64,000 bases of DNA, taken from the NCBI GenBank assembly GCA_017503865.1, contig JAFVSI010000050.1, positions 64,224 to 128,223 on the forward strand. The letters run 5' to 3'. Of this stretch, positions 40,416 to 49,549 are shown piece by piece. The notes under the pieces are model-generated. The model searched no databases and was not told the origin of the DNA. It saw only the letters and a list, made by a program, of their open reading frames with translations. Both the position numbers and the translations under genes were made by a program. This DNA is from Clostridia bacterium. GTDB taxonomy: Bacteria > Bacillota > Clostridia > Oscillospirales > CAG-272. The stretch's first letter is position 1, and every line of letters starts with the position of its first letter.

Positions 40416-41666
40416 TTAAACTCCTGACTTTGCCAAAGCAATAATTTCGTTTGCTGCATTTTCTGCCGTACTGTTATTATAAATTCTTCGGTCGGAAAAA
40501 TCAATATAGAGCGGCAATCTTTCGCTATAAAGTTTTTCTATACCAACTGACTTCGAAATAGGTCTGTTTGTCGATGTAAGCTTTTTGAGATCCCTTTCAA
40601 CAAAGAATATTACACCGTTTTGATGAAGGGGTGCATAGTTTTCTTTTCTTGTGACAATGCCACCGCCCGTTGAAATCACACAACCCGATTTCTTTCCAAG
40701 CTCCTTGACGACAGAATGTTCCATTTTGCGGAATTTGTCAACTCCGAGCTTATCAATTGCCTCGGCGGGTGTCACAGAAAAGCACTTTTCAAATTCCTCG
40801 TCGCTGTCAAAGAAGGGCTTGTTTGTTTTCTCTGAAATGATTTTTCCAATAGTTGTTTTTCCCGACGAGGGCATTCCAATAAGTACGATATTTGTCATAT
40901 CATAGGAAATGGTCTTTTCAATTCTCTCGATCTCGGTGTCATCGATAGATCTGTCTGTAAATATCTCTGCCGCCTTTTTAGCTTGTGCAACGAGCATTGA
41001 AAGACCGCCGCAGTACTTTATACCGAGCGACTCAGCTTCAAGCAAGAGAGCGGTTTTTTGAGGATTATATATTATGTCAACAATGCCAATACAAGCATTA
41101 AATTGCCTAAGGTCAATAAGCTTTGCCTCGTTATTTGGGAACATTCCGACGGGAGTGGTGTTTACGATGATTTCAGCATCAAAATGTTTTGAGATGTTTT
41201 CGTAATTATCCTCTCCGCTTCTTGACACCGTTATTATTTCACTTACACCGAGGTTTTTTAGTACAGCCTTCACTGGCATTGAAGCTCCGCCTGAGCCAAG
41301 CACAAGAGCTTTTTTGCCAGACACGTCGAGATGGCTTTTTTTGAGTGTATATTCAAAGCCGTAATAGTCGGTGTTAAATCCTCGAAGAGAGCCGTCGGGC
41401 ATTCTTTTAACAGTATTTACAGCACCTATCGCTTGAGCCTCGGGAGAAAGCGATGCGAGGTACTTTATAACGTCCTTTTTATAGGGAATCGTGACGTTTA
41501 AAAAATCAAACTCGCAAGACAGCATAAAATGTTCAAGGTCTTTGGGGGCAACCTCCTTGATACCGTAAGAATAGTCAGCAAGAAGGGAATGGATCTGAGG
41601 TGAAAATGTGTGAGGTAGCTTTTCACCGAGGACAAACCCCTTTAAGTTCGAAAAGCCCTTTATCAT
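40416..41666 (-). CDS. Bifunctional shikimate dehydrogenase / shikimate kinase (AroE-AroK fusion)
   Basis: The N-terminal roughly 270 aa carry SPQIH, NVTIPYK and LGSGGA (AroE). The C-terminal roughly 150 aa carry LIGMPSSGKTTIGK and ISTGGG (AroK). Start set at MIKGFSN, whose ATG overlaps the pheA stop (ATGA). Confidence 0.88.
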   Translation of the reverse strand: MIKGFSNLKGFVLGEKLPHTFSPQIHSLLADYSYGIKEVAPKDLEHFMLSCEFDFLNVTIPYKKDVIKYLASLSPEAQAIGAVNTVKRMPDGSLRGFNTDYYGFEYTLKKSHLDVSGKKALVLGSGGASMPVKAVLKNLGVSEIITVSRSGEDNYENISKHFDAEIIVNTTPVGMFPNNEAKLIDLRQFNACIGIVDIIYNPQKTALLLEAESLGIKYCGGLSMLVAQAKKAAEIFTDRSIDDTEIERIEKTISYDMTNIVLIGMPSSGKTTIGKIISEKTNKPFFDSDEEFEKCFSVTPAEAIDKLGVDKFRKMEHSVVKELGKKSGCVISTGGGIVTRKENYAPLHQNGVIFFVERDLKKLTSTNRPISKSVGIEKLYSERLPLYIDFSDRRIYNNSTAENAANEIIALAKSGV

Positions 41667-42808
41667 ATGACCTCCGAATATGTACCGAGGTACGTGAAAT
41701 CCTCGCAAGCCTGCTCAAGCTCCGAGAGAAGCTGGGCAAATCTTTCGGAATATACCGATGCCTCGAGGTCAAAGTAGAACATAAATTCAAAATTAGAGTC
41801 GGGAATAGGTCTTGATTCAAGCTTCAAAAGATTTATTCCAAGAGAATTGAATCTTGAAAGAATCTTGTAAAGTGAACCGGGCCTATGAGGTGTTACGAGC
41901 ATAAGGCTTGTTTTATCAGCTCCGGGATAAACCTCAAGCTCCTTGGTAATACAAATAAATCTTGTTTGATTGTTTGAATTATCCTGTACGTTCTTAGCAA
42001 TCACGTCAAGTCCGTACTGTTCCTTGCAGGAGTGAGAGGACAAAGAAGCAACGTCGTTTCTATCGGACGTAGCTACCATGAGTGCAGCCTTTGCAGTATT
42101 CTCAACGCAGGTCACCTTAACGTCACGGGGAAGCGTTGCGAGAAATTTTTGACACTGATTTATTGCTTGCTCGTGTGAGAATATTTCTTTGACTTCAGAG
42201 AGCTTTGTGCCTTTTTTGCCGAGGAGATTGTGGTCGATCTTCACTCTTACCGAACGCACTATTTTAAAGTTGTGCTCTTTCATAAGGTCGTAAACCTGCT
42301 TGACAGAGCCTGCGGTACTGTTCTCGATGGGGAGAATACCGTAGCGGCACATCTTTGCTTCAATTGCAGAAAAAACTGCATTGAAGTTTGAAAAATAAGT
42401 AATGGTAGGAAGACGGAAAAGCTTTTCTGCCGCTACCTGAGAGTATGCCCCCTCAACACCCTGACAAGCAACAGACGCACATTCGGGAAAAATTTTCGGA
42501 GTGTTTTCTATTGCCTTTTCAATGCTTAAATAGGACGCCGAGGTATTGCCGAGGATCTTGTGCTGATAAGAACGTGAGAGATCGAGAATTGTTGCATACA
42601 AAGTTCTCGTATATTCCTCAAAATCCTCACCCGAAAGCTCCGAAACCTTATTAAGCAAGGTTCTTTCTCTTGATGAGTCAAGTATAGGCATATTATTAGC
42701 ACGCTTATATTCGGCAACGCTTGCCGAAAGAGTCATTCTTTTTATATAGAGGTCGACAAGCTCGGCATCTACCTGGTCAATTTCTTTTCTGATTTCATTA
42801 AGTTCCAT
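41663..42808 (-). CDS. pheA: Bifunctional chorismate mutase / prephenate dehydratase (P-protein)
   Basis: 381 aa. N-terminal CM domain (LNEIRKEIDQVDAELVDLYIKRM), PDT domain (ACQGVEGAYS, TRF), and C-terminal ACT domain (GSLYKILSRFNSLGINLLKLESRP). Confidence 0.92.
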   Translation of the reverse strand: MELNEIRKEIDQVDAELVDLYIKRMTLSASVAEYKRANNMPILDSSRERTLLNKVSELSGEDFEEYTRTLYATILDLSRSYQHKILGNTSASYLSIEKAIENTPKIFPECASVACQGVEGAYSQVAAEKLFRLPTITYFSNFNAVFSAIEAKMCRYGILPIENSTAGSVKQVYDLMKEHNFKIVRSVRVKIDHNLLGKKGTKLSEVKEIFSHEQAINQCQKFLATLPRDVKVTCVENTAKAALMVATSDRNDVASLSSHSCKEQYGLDVIAKNVQDNSNNQTRFICITKELEVYPGADKTSLMLVTPHRPGSLYKILSRFNSLGINLLKLESRPIPDSNFEFMFYFDLEASVYSERFAQLLSELEQACEDFTYLGTYSEVI

Positions 42809-42811
42809 TTA

Positions 42812-44017
42812 TTATGTCCTCTTTTTAGAAAGATTTTTAAACTTATTTACGAATTTTAAAAGTACGATCATTATAACAGGGAAGATGACGGAAAAGAGGA
42901 ATGCCGCTTTAAGGTCATCGTTAAATATTGCGGCTACACAGCCCGCAAGAGTTGGGCCGACAAGGCAACCGAGGTCGCCCGCAAAAGCTAAGAGTGCGAA
43001 CATACTTACGCTTTGATAAGGGAGATATTTTCCTGCAAGGCTGTAAGTTCCCGGCCATAGAACTCCGCAAGAAAAACCGCAAATTATAAATCCAATAAGT
43101 GTGAGGAGCGGTGACTGTGAAAAGACAACAATGAGAAAGGACACTGTACACATTATTGATGAAAGAAACATATAGCTTCTCAGCTTGATCTTTGAACTGA
43201 AAAGGGAATAGAGAATTCTCGAAAGTCCCATAAATATCGCAAATGCGAACGGACCGAGCAAGTCTCCGTAGGTTTTTGATACGCTAAGTCCCGTTTCGGC
43301 AAAGCTTGATGCCCACTGTCCCATTGCCTGTTCAGCCGCACCCGCACACATCATTATACCGAAGAAAATCCAAAAAATCGGAATTTTTGAAAGAGACGGG
43401 GTCTTTACGTCACCCTCTTGTTCCTTGTCACCGTCAAGCTTGTATATTGGCACGAAGCAAAATCCAATTGCACCGACGAAGGGGATAATTGCCCAAAGTG
43501 CTGAGAGAATTCTCCAGTTGTGAAGACCGAATGTAGAGAAGAATACCGTTGAAAGCAAAACGACAATTGCAAGTCCCCACGAATAAAACGAGTGAAGCGT
43601 TGCCATCATAGCACTTTTCTTCTTTTCAGGGGTGGGACACGCTTCTACTATCGGACTTATAACAATCTCTATAAATCCGCTGCCCACAGCCGCCAAAACT
43701 GTGGCTATAACAAGACCGAAATAGGGATTTGGCATAACGTCAGGCAAGAAGGAAAATCCTACCATACCTAAAACCGCCAACAAATGAGCTAAAACGCACA
43801 TTAAGCGAAGGTTAAGCTTTTTTGAAAATTTTGCGACCAAAAGGTCGGTTAAAAACTGAGTTGTAAACGATATTCCAATTAAAAGACTTATAAGAGAAAG
43901 AGAAATGCCGAAATCCTTTTCAAAGGTGTTGAAAAGCAGAGGGGAGAAATTTATCGCTATCGCTTGTACAACGTACCCAATAAAAGAAAAGAAGATCGTA
44001 AACCTATATGATTTCAT
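42812..44017 (-). CDS. MFS transporter embedded in the aromatic operon, substrate unknown
   Basis: 401 aa, 12 predicted TM segments. Gaps to its flanking genes are 9 nt and 3 nt. Confidence 0.85.
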   Translation of the reverse strand: MKSYRFTIFFSFIGYVVQAIAINFSPLLFNTFEKDFGISLSLISLLIGISFTTQFLTDLLVAKFSKKLNLRLMCVLAHLLAVLGMVGFSFLPDVMPNPYFGLVIATVLAAVGSGFIEIVISPIVEACPTPEKKKSAMMATLHSFYSWGLAIVVLLSTVFFSTFGLHNWRILSALWAIIPFVGAIGFCFVPIYKLDGDKEQEGDVKTPSLSKIPIFWIFFGIMMCAGAAEQAMGQWASSFAETGLSVSKTYGDLLGPFAFAIFMGLSRILYSLFSSKIKLRSYMFLSSIMCTVSFLIVVFSQSPLLTLIGFIICGFSCGVLWPGTYSLAGKYLPYQSVSMFALLAFAGDLGCLVGPTLAGCVAAIFNDDLKAAFLFSVIFPVIMIVLLKFVNKFKNLSKKRT

Positions 44018-44026
44018 AAAACACCT

Positions 44027-45103
44027 TTAATCACACAACATATCGAATATTGCAATCGCCGCAGCCGCTTCAAATACGGGAACGGCACGGACGGCAACAC
44101 ATGGATCGTGCCTTCCGTTGATCTTGAGCTTTGTATTTGTCATACTGTCAAGGTCGACGCTGTCCTGCTCAATGAAAATTGAGGGAGTTGGTTTCATAGC
44201 GGCACGGAAAATAAGAGGCATTCCGCTTGTCATTCCGCCAAGAATTCCACCTGCATTATTTGTCTTGGTAAATACCTTTTCACCGTCAGTATAAAAAGCA
44301 TCGTTGTTTTTTGAGCCTCGGAGCTTTGCACACTCAAATCCGTTTCCAAATTCGATACCCTTAACTGCGGGTATTCCGAAAACTATAGAGGAAATTCTAT
44401 TCTCAACGCCCGAGAACATATGCTCGCCAAGACCTATTGGAAGACCTATAGCGGCACACTCGATTATAGCACCTATAGAGTCACCGTCCTGCTTTGCAGA
44501 AAGGATTTCTGCTTTCATTAGTTCAGCTGACTCGTTTGAGAGAGTGGGGAAGTCCTTTCCGTGTATCGCGTCAAAGTCGGACTTTGAAACGTTAATACTG
44601 TCAAATGCTTTACCCAGAGCATTTCCAACGGAATAAAGCTGTGCCCCTATATGTATTCCTTTTTGTTCAAGAATTTGCAGACAAATTCCGCCTGCTATGC
44701 ACATTGGAGCGGTGAGCCTTCCCGAAAAATGACCGCCACCGCGAAGGTCAACGTCCTTGCCGTATTTCATTCTTGCCGCAAAGTCTGCGTGCGAGGGGCG
44801 GGGAATAAAGGAATCCTTTTGGTAGTCCTTCGAACGTTGATTTTTGTTATAAACAACTGCGTGAACTGTGTTTTCTGTTATTACTCCGTCGGTTACGCCT
44901 TCGAGAAAAACAGGAAGGTCTGCTTCTTTGCGAGGGGTTGAGAACTCGTTGTTACCGGGTGCTCGGCGAGATAGGAAAGCAAGGAGCTTTTCCTCATCGA
45001 TTTTAAAGCCAATTGGAAGCCCCTTAATAATAACACCGATACGCTCTTCGTGAGAACCGCCGTATATTTCAACATCAATGTTTTGTCCGTAATGAGTTGC
45101 CAT
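44027..45103 (-). CDS. aroC: Chorismate synthase
   Basis: 358 aa. GGSHEE, RPSHAD, GGGHFSGR and GRHDPC motifs. Confidence 0.95.
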   Translation of the reverse strand: MATHYGQNIDVEIYGGSHEERIGVIIKGLPIGFKIDEEKLLAFLSRRAPGNNEFSTPRKEADLPVFLEGVTDGVITENTVHAVVYNKNQRSKDYQKDSFIPRPSHADFAARMKYGKDVDLRGGGHFSGRLTAPMCIAGGICLQILEQKGIHIGAQLYSVGNALGKAFDSINVSKSDFDAIHGKDFPTLSNESAELMKAEILSAKQDGDSIGAIIECAAIGLPIGLGEHMFSGVENRISSIVFGIPAVKGIEFGNGFECAKLRGSKNNDAFYTDGEKVFTKTNNAGGILGGMTSGMPLIFRAAMKPTPSIFIEQDSVDLDSMTNTKLKINGRHDPCVAVRAVPVFEAAAAIAIFDMLCD

Positions 45104-46377
45104 TATTTTTCGTCCCCTTCGTTAATTATTTCGATATTGAATCCTAATTTTTTCATATCCTCAAAGAAACGGGGATATGATTTTTTTACTGCATCGGCAT
45201 TTTTAATAACGACTTTGTCTTTGCAACCAAGAGCTGCAACGCACGCACACATGGCAATTCTATGGTCATTGTGCGAGAGAACAATTCCGCCGGTAAGACG
45301 TTCTTTTCCGTTGATCATAAATCCGTCATCAAGAAGTTTTATGTCTGCACCGAGATTTGTTAGCATCTCATAAGTAGTTTGCAGTCTATCACTCTCTTTT
45401 ATACGAAGTCTTGATGCACCGGTGATTATTGTAGTTCCTTTTGCTAAAGAAGCAACAACTGCAATTATAGGTACAAGGTCTGGAATATCCTTTGCGTCAA
45501 TTTCAATACCTGAAAGAGACTTGCCGGCAACTGTAACCGAATCGTGGGACTTTTCAACGTTTGCCCCAAATTTCTCGAGAATTTCAAGAATTCGAGCATC
45601 TCCCTGACGGGTGTTTGCAGAAAGATTATTGAGCGTTACAGATGTTTTTGAAATAGCAGCGGCACACAAAGGAAATGCACTGTTTGACCAGTCGCCTTCA
45701 ACAGTATATTCGCCCTTTGAGGAGAGCTGACTTCCGCAAATATTAAATATATTTCCGTTTCTCTTGACGTCTGCACCGAAGGAATTTAGCGTATCAAGCG
45801 TCATATTAACGTAAGGTTCTGACTCAAGCTTTCCCGTTATCTCAAGTGTGCTTTCGCCGTCAAGAAGGGAAAGTGCAAACAGCAATCCGCTAATAAACTG
45901 CGAGGAAACCTCACCGCTTATTTTATATGTGCCACACGTAAGCTTTCCGCATGTCTTAAGCTTGTTGGTATCAAGGTATTCAAAGGATATCCCATGTGCA
46001 ATAAGCTCTTCCTTAAGAGGAGAGAGAGGTCGTTCGGGAAGTCGTCCTCGCATATCGAAGATCCACTCACCGCCAATTGCAGCGGCGATAGGTAATAGTA
46101 ATCTTAAGGTCGTTCCGCTTTCGTTGCAGAAAAGAGTTCCGCTCTTGTTTTTTTCTTTCGGATGAACTTCAAAAACTTTGTTTTCATATTTTATCTCAGC
46201 TCCTAACGAACGCAGACAATCGGCTGTCGCGAGTATGTCTTCACTAACTGTCTCGCAAAGGAGCTTTGTTCTTTCGTTTGAAAAAGCTGAAGCAATAAGC
46301 AAACGGTGAGCGGCAGATTTTGATGAAATAGCCAAAATCTCTCCGCTTATATTTGAGGGTTTTACAATGGTGTTCAT
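45103..46377 (-). CDS. aroA: 3-phosphoshikimate 1-carboxyvinyltransferase (EPSP synthase)
   Basis: 424 aa. SKSAAHR, NESGTTLRLL, DIPDLVPIIAV, ESDRL and DHRIAM motifs. Confidence 0.95.
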   Translation of the reverse strand: MNTIVKPSNISGEILAISSKSAAHRLLIASAFSNERTKLLCETVSEDILATADCLRSLGAEIKYENKVFEVHPKEKNKSGTLFCNESGTTLRLLLPIAAAIGGEWIFDMRGRLPERPLSPLKEELIAHGISFEYLDTNKLKTCGKLTCGTYKISGEVSSQFISGLLFALSLLDGESTLEITGKLESEPYVNMTLDTLNSFGADVKRNGNIFNICGSQLSSKGEYTVEGDWSNSAFPLCAAAISKTSVTLNNLSANTRQGDARILEILEKFGANVEKSHDSVTVAGKSLSGIEIDAKDIPDLVPIIAVVASLAKGTTIITGASRLRIKESDRLQTTYEMLTNLGADIKLLDDGFMINGKERLTGGIVLSHNDHRIAMCACVAALGCKDKVVIKNADAVKKSYPRFFEDMKKLGFNIEIINEGDEK

Positions 46378-47429
46378 TTATCAAGCCCTCTTTCAATAAA
46401 GCTCTCAAGCTCACCAATGTGAGTTTTTACAAGTCTTGTATCACCAATATTATATGGTATTGCAAGAGTAATGGTGTTGCCCTTGCGTTTTTTGTCTGAT
46501 AATGCAACTTCAGCAAGCTCTTTTGCCGTGAAATCACACTCTGTTGGAAGAGAGTTTTCCTTTAATATTTTGATTATATTTTCGAGTGTAGATACTTCGC
46601 AAATACCGACGTTTACAGCAGAACGCGTTACGATAACCATACCGATTGCAACTGCACTTCCGTGAGAAATTTTGAAATTTGAACATTTTTCAACTGCGTG
46701 TCCTATTGTATGACCAAGATTCAAAAGTTGACGGCAGCCGTTGTCGAATTCATCTTTTTCAACTATAAGGCTTTTGTTTTTGACACAAGATGCGACAACC
46801 TCGTCAATGTTCTCGCGTATGCTCGAGCTTATTAGTGAGAAAAGCTCGATGTCATTGATCACTCCGTACTTAATAACCTCAGCACAACCGTCTGCGAAAA
46901 TTTCTGGAGTAAGGGTGTTAAGAAGGGAAGTGTCGCAAATTACAAGTGAAGGCTGATGAAAAGCCCCCGCTAAGTTTTTTCCTGTTCTTAGGTCAATTCC
47001 TGTTTTCCCGCCAACTGAGGAATCGACCATCGCAAGTAAGGTCGTGGGGATTTGAACGAATCTGATGCCGCGAAGGTAAACGGAAGCCGCAAAGCCTGCT
47101 ATATCTCCCACAACACCGCCGCCGAGAGCAAATATACAGTCGGAACGGGTTAGTCCCGAAGTTGCTAAAAATTCAAGAATGTCAACAAACGTATTTGCAT
47201 TTTTTGACTCTTCTCCTGCTTCAAAAACGAATTTTGAAACGTTGTATCCGGCACCTTCAAGCGACTCGATGAGTGTTTTTGAATACAGCTTGTCAACGTT
47301 TGAGTCGGTAATAACCGCACAGTTACATACACCAACAGCCTTTGCCGCAAGCTCACCCGACTTCGATAAAATATCGCTGTCAATTATTATGTTATATTGT
47401 TTTGAAGCATTTACCGTAATGGTCTTCAT
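46374..47429 (-). CDS. aroB: 3-dehydroquinate synthase
   Basis: 351 aa. LGGGVVGDIAGFAA, SVGGKTGI, NLGHTIGHA and HGSAVAIGM motifs. Confidence 0.94.
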   Translation of the reverse strand: MKTITVNASKQYNIIIDSDILSKSGELAAKAVGVCNCAVITDSNVDKLYSKTLIESLEGAGYNVSKFVFEAGEESKNANTFVDILEFLATSGLTRSDCIFALGGGVVGDIAGFAASVYLRGIRFVQIPTTLLAMVDSSVGGKTGIDLRTGKNLAGAFHQPSLVICDTSLLNTLTPEIFADGCAEVIKYGVINDIELFSLISSSIRENIDEVVASCVKNKSLIVEKDEFDNGCRQLLNLGHTIGHAVEKCSNFKISHGSAVAIGMVIVTRSAVNVGICEVSTLENIIKILKENSLPTECDFTAKELAEVALSDKKRKGNTITLAIPYNIGDTRLVKTHIGELESFIERGLDK

Positions 47430-47443
47430 AATTATTACCTTCC

Positions 47444-48274
47444 TTAACCGTCAATATTTTCTTTTGCAATTCTTCCGTCTCGAAGTAGATCTCTTAAAGT
47501 ATCTGCGTCATCATTTTTTATTGCGTCTTTATATTCGTTAAGCGAGTTTATAATTGTGTCGATCTCAAAGAGAAGAGGCTCTTTGTTTTCAAGAAAAAGC
47601 TCAGTCCACATATTCTCATTGAGCCAGGCAACACGAGTCATATCCTTATAGCTTCCTGCCGAAAATCCCTTATGATTTGCAGCCGTTGGGCTCTTAACGT
47701 ATGCGTTTGAAACAACGTGAGCAAGCTGTGAGGTGAAAGCTATCATAGAGTCGTGCTGTTCTGCAGTTGTTACCGAAAAACGTGCAAAACCTGCGGGCTT
47801 AAGCATTGTTTTGATTCTATCAAGAAAAGATATATCATCATAAATGGGCGGTACAATTACCATAGGTGCATTTTTAAAAAGTGTCGACTTAGAATACTTG
47901 ATTCCTGAATACTGAGTGCCCGCCATTGGATGTCCGCCTACAAAGGTGAATCCGTATTTGCTTGCAAGTGCCATTCCAGCTTCACAAACTAACTTTTTAG
48001 TACCGCACAAATCCATAACGATTGTATCTTTATTGACAAATTCAGCAATTGAACTAAGATATTCAATCGTTGCCTCTGGGTAAAGAGCGATAAAGATCAA
48101 TTCGCAAGTTTTAAGAGTATCCTTATTCAATTCGCCGTCAATTATCGAGGCAAGAGATGCAAAACCGAGAGTGCTCGAGTCTTTATCGTATCCCAAAACC
48201 GTATGACCTTCAGCCTTATAAGCTTTAGCCATTGAACCGCCAATAAGACCGAGTCCGCAAATTCCAACAGTCAT
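47444..48274 (-). CDS. tyrA: Prephenate dehydrogenase
   Basis: 276 aa. ICGLGLIGGSMA Rossmann motif, GGHPMAG, and HDSMIAFTSQLAHV. Confidence 0.88.
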   Translation of the reverse strand: MTVGICGLGLIGGSMAKAYKAEGHTVLGYDKDSSTLGFASLASIIDGELNKDTLKTCELIFIALYPEATIEYLSSIAEFVNKDTIVMDLCGTKKLVCEAGMALASKYGFTFVGGHPMAGTQYSGIKYSKSTLFKNAPMVIVPPIYDDISFLDRIKTMLKPAGFARFSVTTAEQHDSMIAFTSQLAHVVSNAYVKSPTAANHKGFSAGSYKDMTRVAWLNENMWTELFLENKEPLLFEIDTIINSLNEYKDAIKNDDADTLRDLLRDGRIAKENIDG

Positions 48275-48300
48275 AATAATATCCTTTCTAAAACACTGCT

Positions 48301-49299
48301 TTAAAGCACACTACGTACTTTTCTGACTGCATCACAAACGTCTGCAAACGTTTCGGGTGTAATCGACTGTGCACCGTCACAAAGAGCGTGAGGGGGATCG
48401 TTGTGAACTTCAATCATAAGACCGTCAGCACCGACAGCAGTTGCTGCAAGCGAAAGAGGTTTGACGAGCTTAGCGATACCCGTTGCGTGGGACGGATCGA
48501 TAACGATAGGAAGATGCGAAAGCTCCTTGAGCATTGGAACAGCAGAGAGGTCAAGTGTGTTTCTCGTGTATGTTTCGAAGGTTCTTATGCCTCTCTCGCA
48601 GAGAATAATATTTTCGTTTCCGCCTGCCATTATGTATTCTGCTGACATAAGAAGCTCCTTAAGGGTGTTAGCGAGACCTCGCTTCAAAAGGATTGTCTTT
48701 TTTGTTCTGCCAAGCTCCTTTAACAGCTCGAAGTTTTGCATATTTCTTGCACCGACTTGGATTACGTCAACGTCTAAGAAAAGATCAAGATGATTTGCGT
48801 TCATTATTTCGGTAACTATAGGAAGTCCTGTCTCCTTTTTAGCTCTAATGAGATAATCGATGCCGTCAGCCTTGAGTCCCTGAAAATCATAGGGGGAAGT
48901 GCGTGGCTTGAAAGCTCCGCCGCGAAGCATTGTAGCACCTGCGGCTTTTACGGATTTTGCTATCTCCATAACCTGTTCCTCGCTCTCAACTGAGCATGGA
49001 CCTGCTATTATTGTAAAATCATTACCGCCTACTGATGTGTTACCAACTTCAATTACAGTATTGTCGGGGTGAAATTTTCTATTAGCATTTTTAAACGGCT
49101 CGGTAATTCTCTTGACAGAATCAACGATTTCAAGGCTTGAGAGAAGCTCGGCGTCGATTTTCGAGGTGTCGCCTACAAGACCGATTATCGTATGTTCCTT
49201 ACCGAAAGAGATGTGAGTGTCAACACCTTGAGTGTGTAGCCAATTAGTAAGATTTTCGATTTGTTTTTCGGAGGTTCCTTGTTTAAGTACGGCAATCAT
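48301..49299 (-). CDS. aroF: 3-deoxy-7-phosphoheptulonate (DAHP) synthase, type I-beta, with an N-terminal ferredoxin-like regulatory domain
   Basis: 332 aa. The roughly 65-aa N-terminal domain (MIAVLKQGTSEKQIENL...) resembles the Thermotoga-type regulatory domain. The catalytic barrel carries AGPCSVES, GAFKPRTSPY, KRG and DPSH. Confidence 0.92.
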   Translation of the reverse strand: MIAVLKQGTSEKQIENLTNWLHTQGVDTHISFGKEHTIIGLVGDTSKIDAELLSSLEIVDSVKRITEPFKNANRKFHPDNTVIEVGNTSVGGNDFTIIAGPCSVESEEQVMEIAKSVKAAGATMLRGGAFKPRTSPYDFQGLKADGIDYLIRAKKETGLPIVTEIMNANHLDLFLDVDVIQVGARNMQNFELLKELGRTKKTILLKRGLANTLKELLMSAEYIMAGGNENIILCERGIRTFETYTRNTLDLSAVPMLKELSHLPIVIDPSHATGIAKLVKPLSLAATAVGADGLMIEVHNDPPHALCDGAQSITPETFADVCDAVRKVRSVL

Positions 49300-49325
49300 T
49301 TCTATATATCTCCTTGAAATAAATT

Positions 49326-49368
49326 TAAAATAAAATAAGCCCTTCGGTGTTTATCACCGGAAGGCTTC
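49326..49368 (-). terminator. Intrinsic terminator inside the aroF leader (attenuator)
   Basis: Minus strand GAAGCCUUCCGGUG-AUAAA-CACCGAAGGGCUU (12 pairs, one internal mismatch), then AUUUUAUUUU. It lies between the promoter and the aroF RBS. There is no U-tract on the plus strand. Confidence 0.75.
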
Positions 49369-49429
49369 AATACATAAACTTAAAAATTTATGAAATTAAA
49401 AATCCGCAGACAAAAGCACCTTTATTTTA

Positions 49430-49486
49430 TTAACCAATGCAATAAAAATAAAGGTAAAAATATTTGTTTACGAATACGTTTTTCAT
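49430..49486 (-). CDS. Candidate leader peptide MKNVFVNKYFYLYFYCIG (18 aa, 4 Tyr + 3 Phe)
   Basis: ATG at 49486 is preceded by GGGAG (49501-49497, 10-nt spacing) and lies downstream of the predicted promoter. The stop is TAA. The aromatic codons overlap a hairpin (49418-49455). Confidence 0.5.
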   Translation of the reverse strand: MKNVFVNKYFYLYFYCIG

Positions 49487-49520
49487 AAAAAACAAACTCC
49501 CAAATAAGAAATATGAGTTA

Positions 49521-49549
49521 AGTTTAGCACTATAAAAATGCTTTGTCAA
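49521..49549 (-). promoter_or_regulatory. Promoter of the aromatic amino-acid operon
   Basis: Minus strand TTGACA (49549-49544), 17 nt, TAAACT (49526-49521). Confidence 0.6.

Noticed and set aside
49300-49520. A T-box or TRAP-type leader as the explanation for the terminator upstream of aroF
   Set aside because: There is no GGGUGGNACCGCG-like T-box sequence, no AGAGA or specifier-loop architecture, and no series of (G/U)AG triplets spaced by 2-3 nt. The leader is too short and too AT-rich for a T-box.
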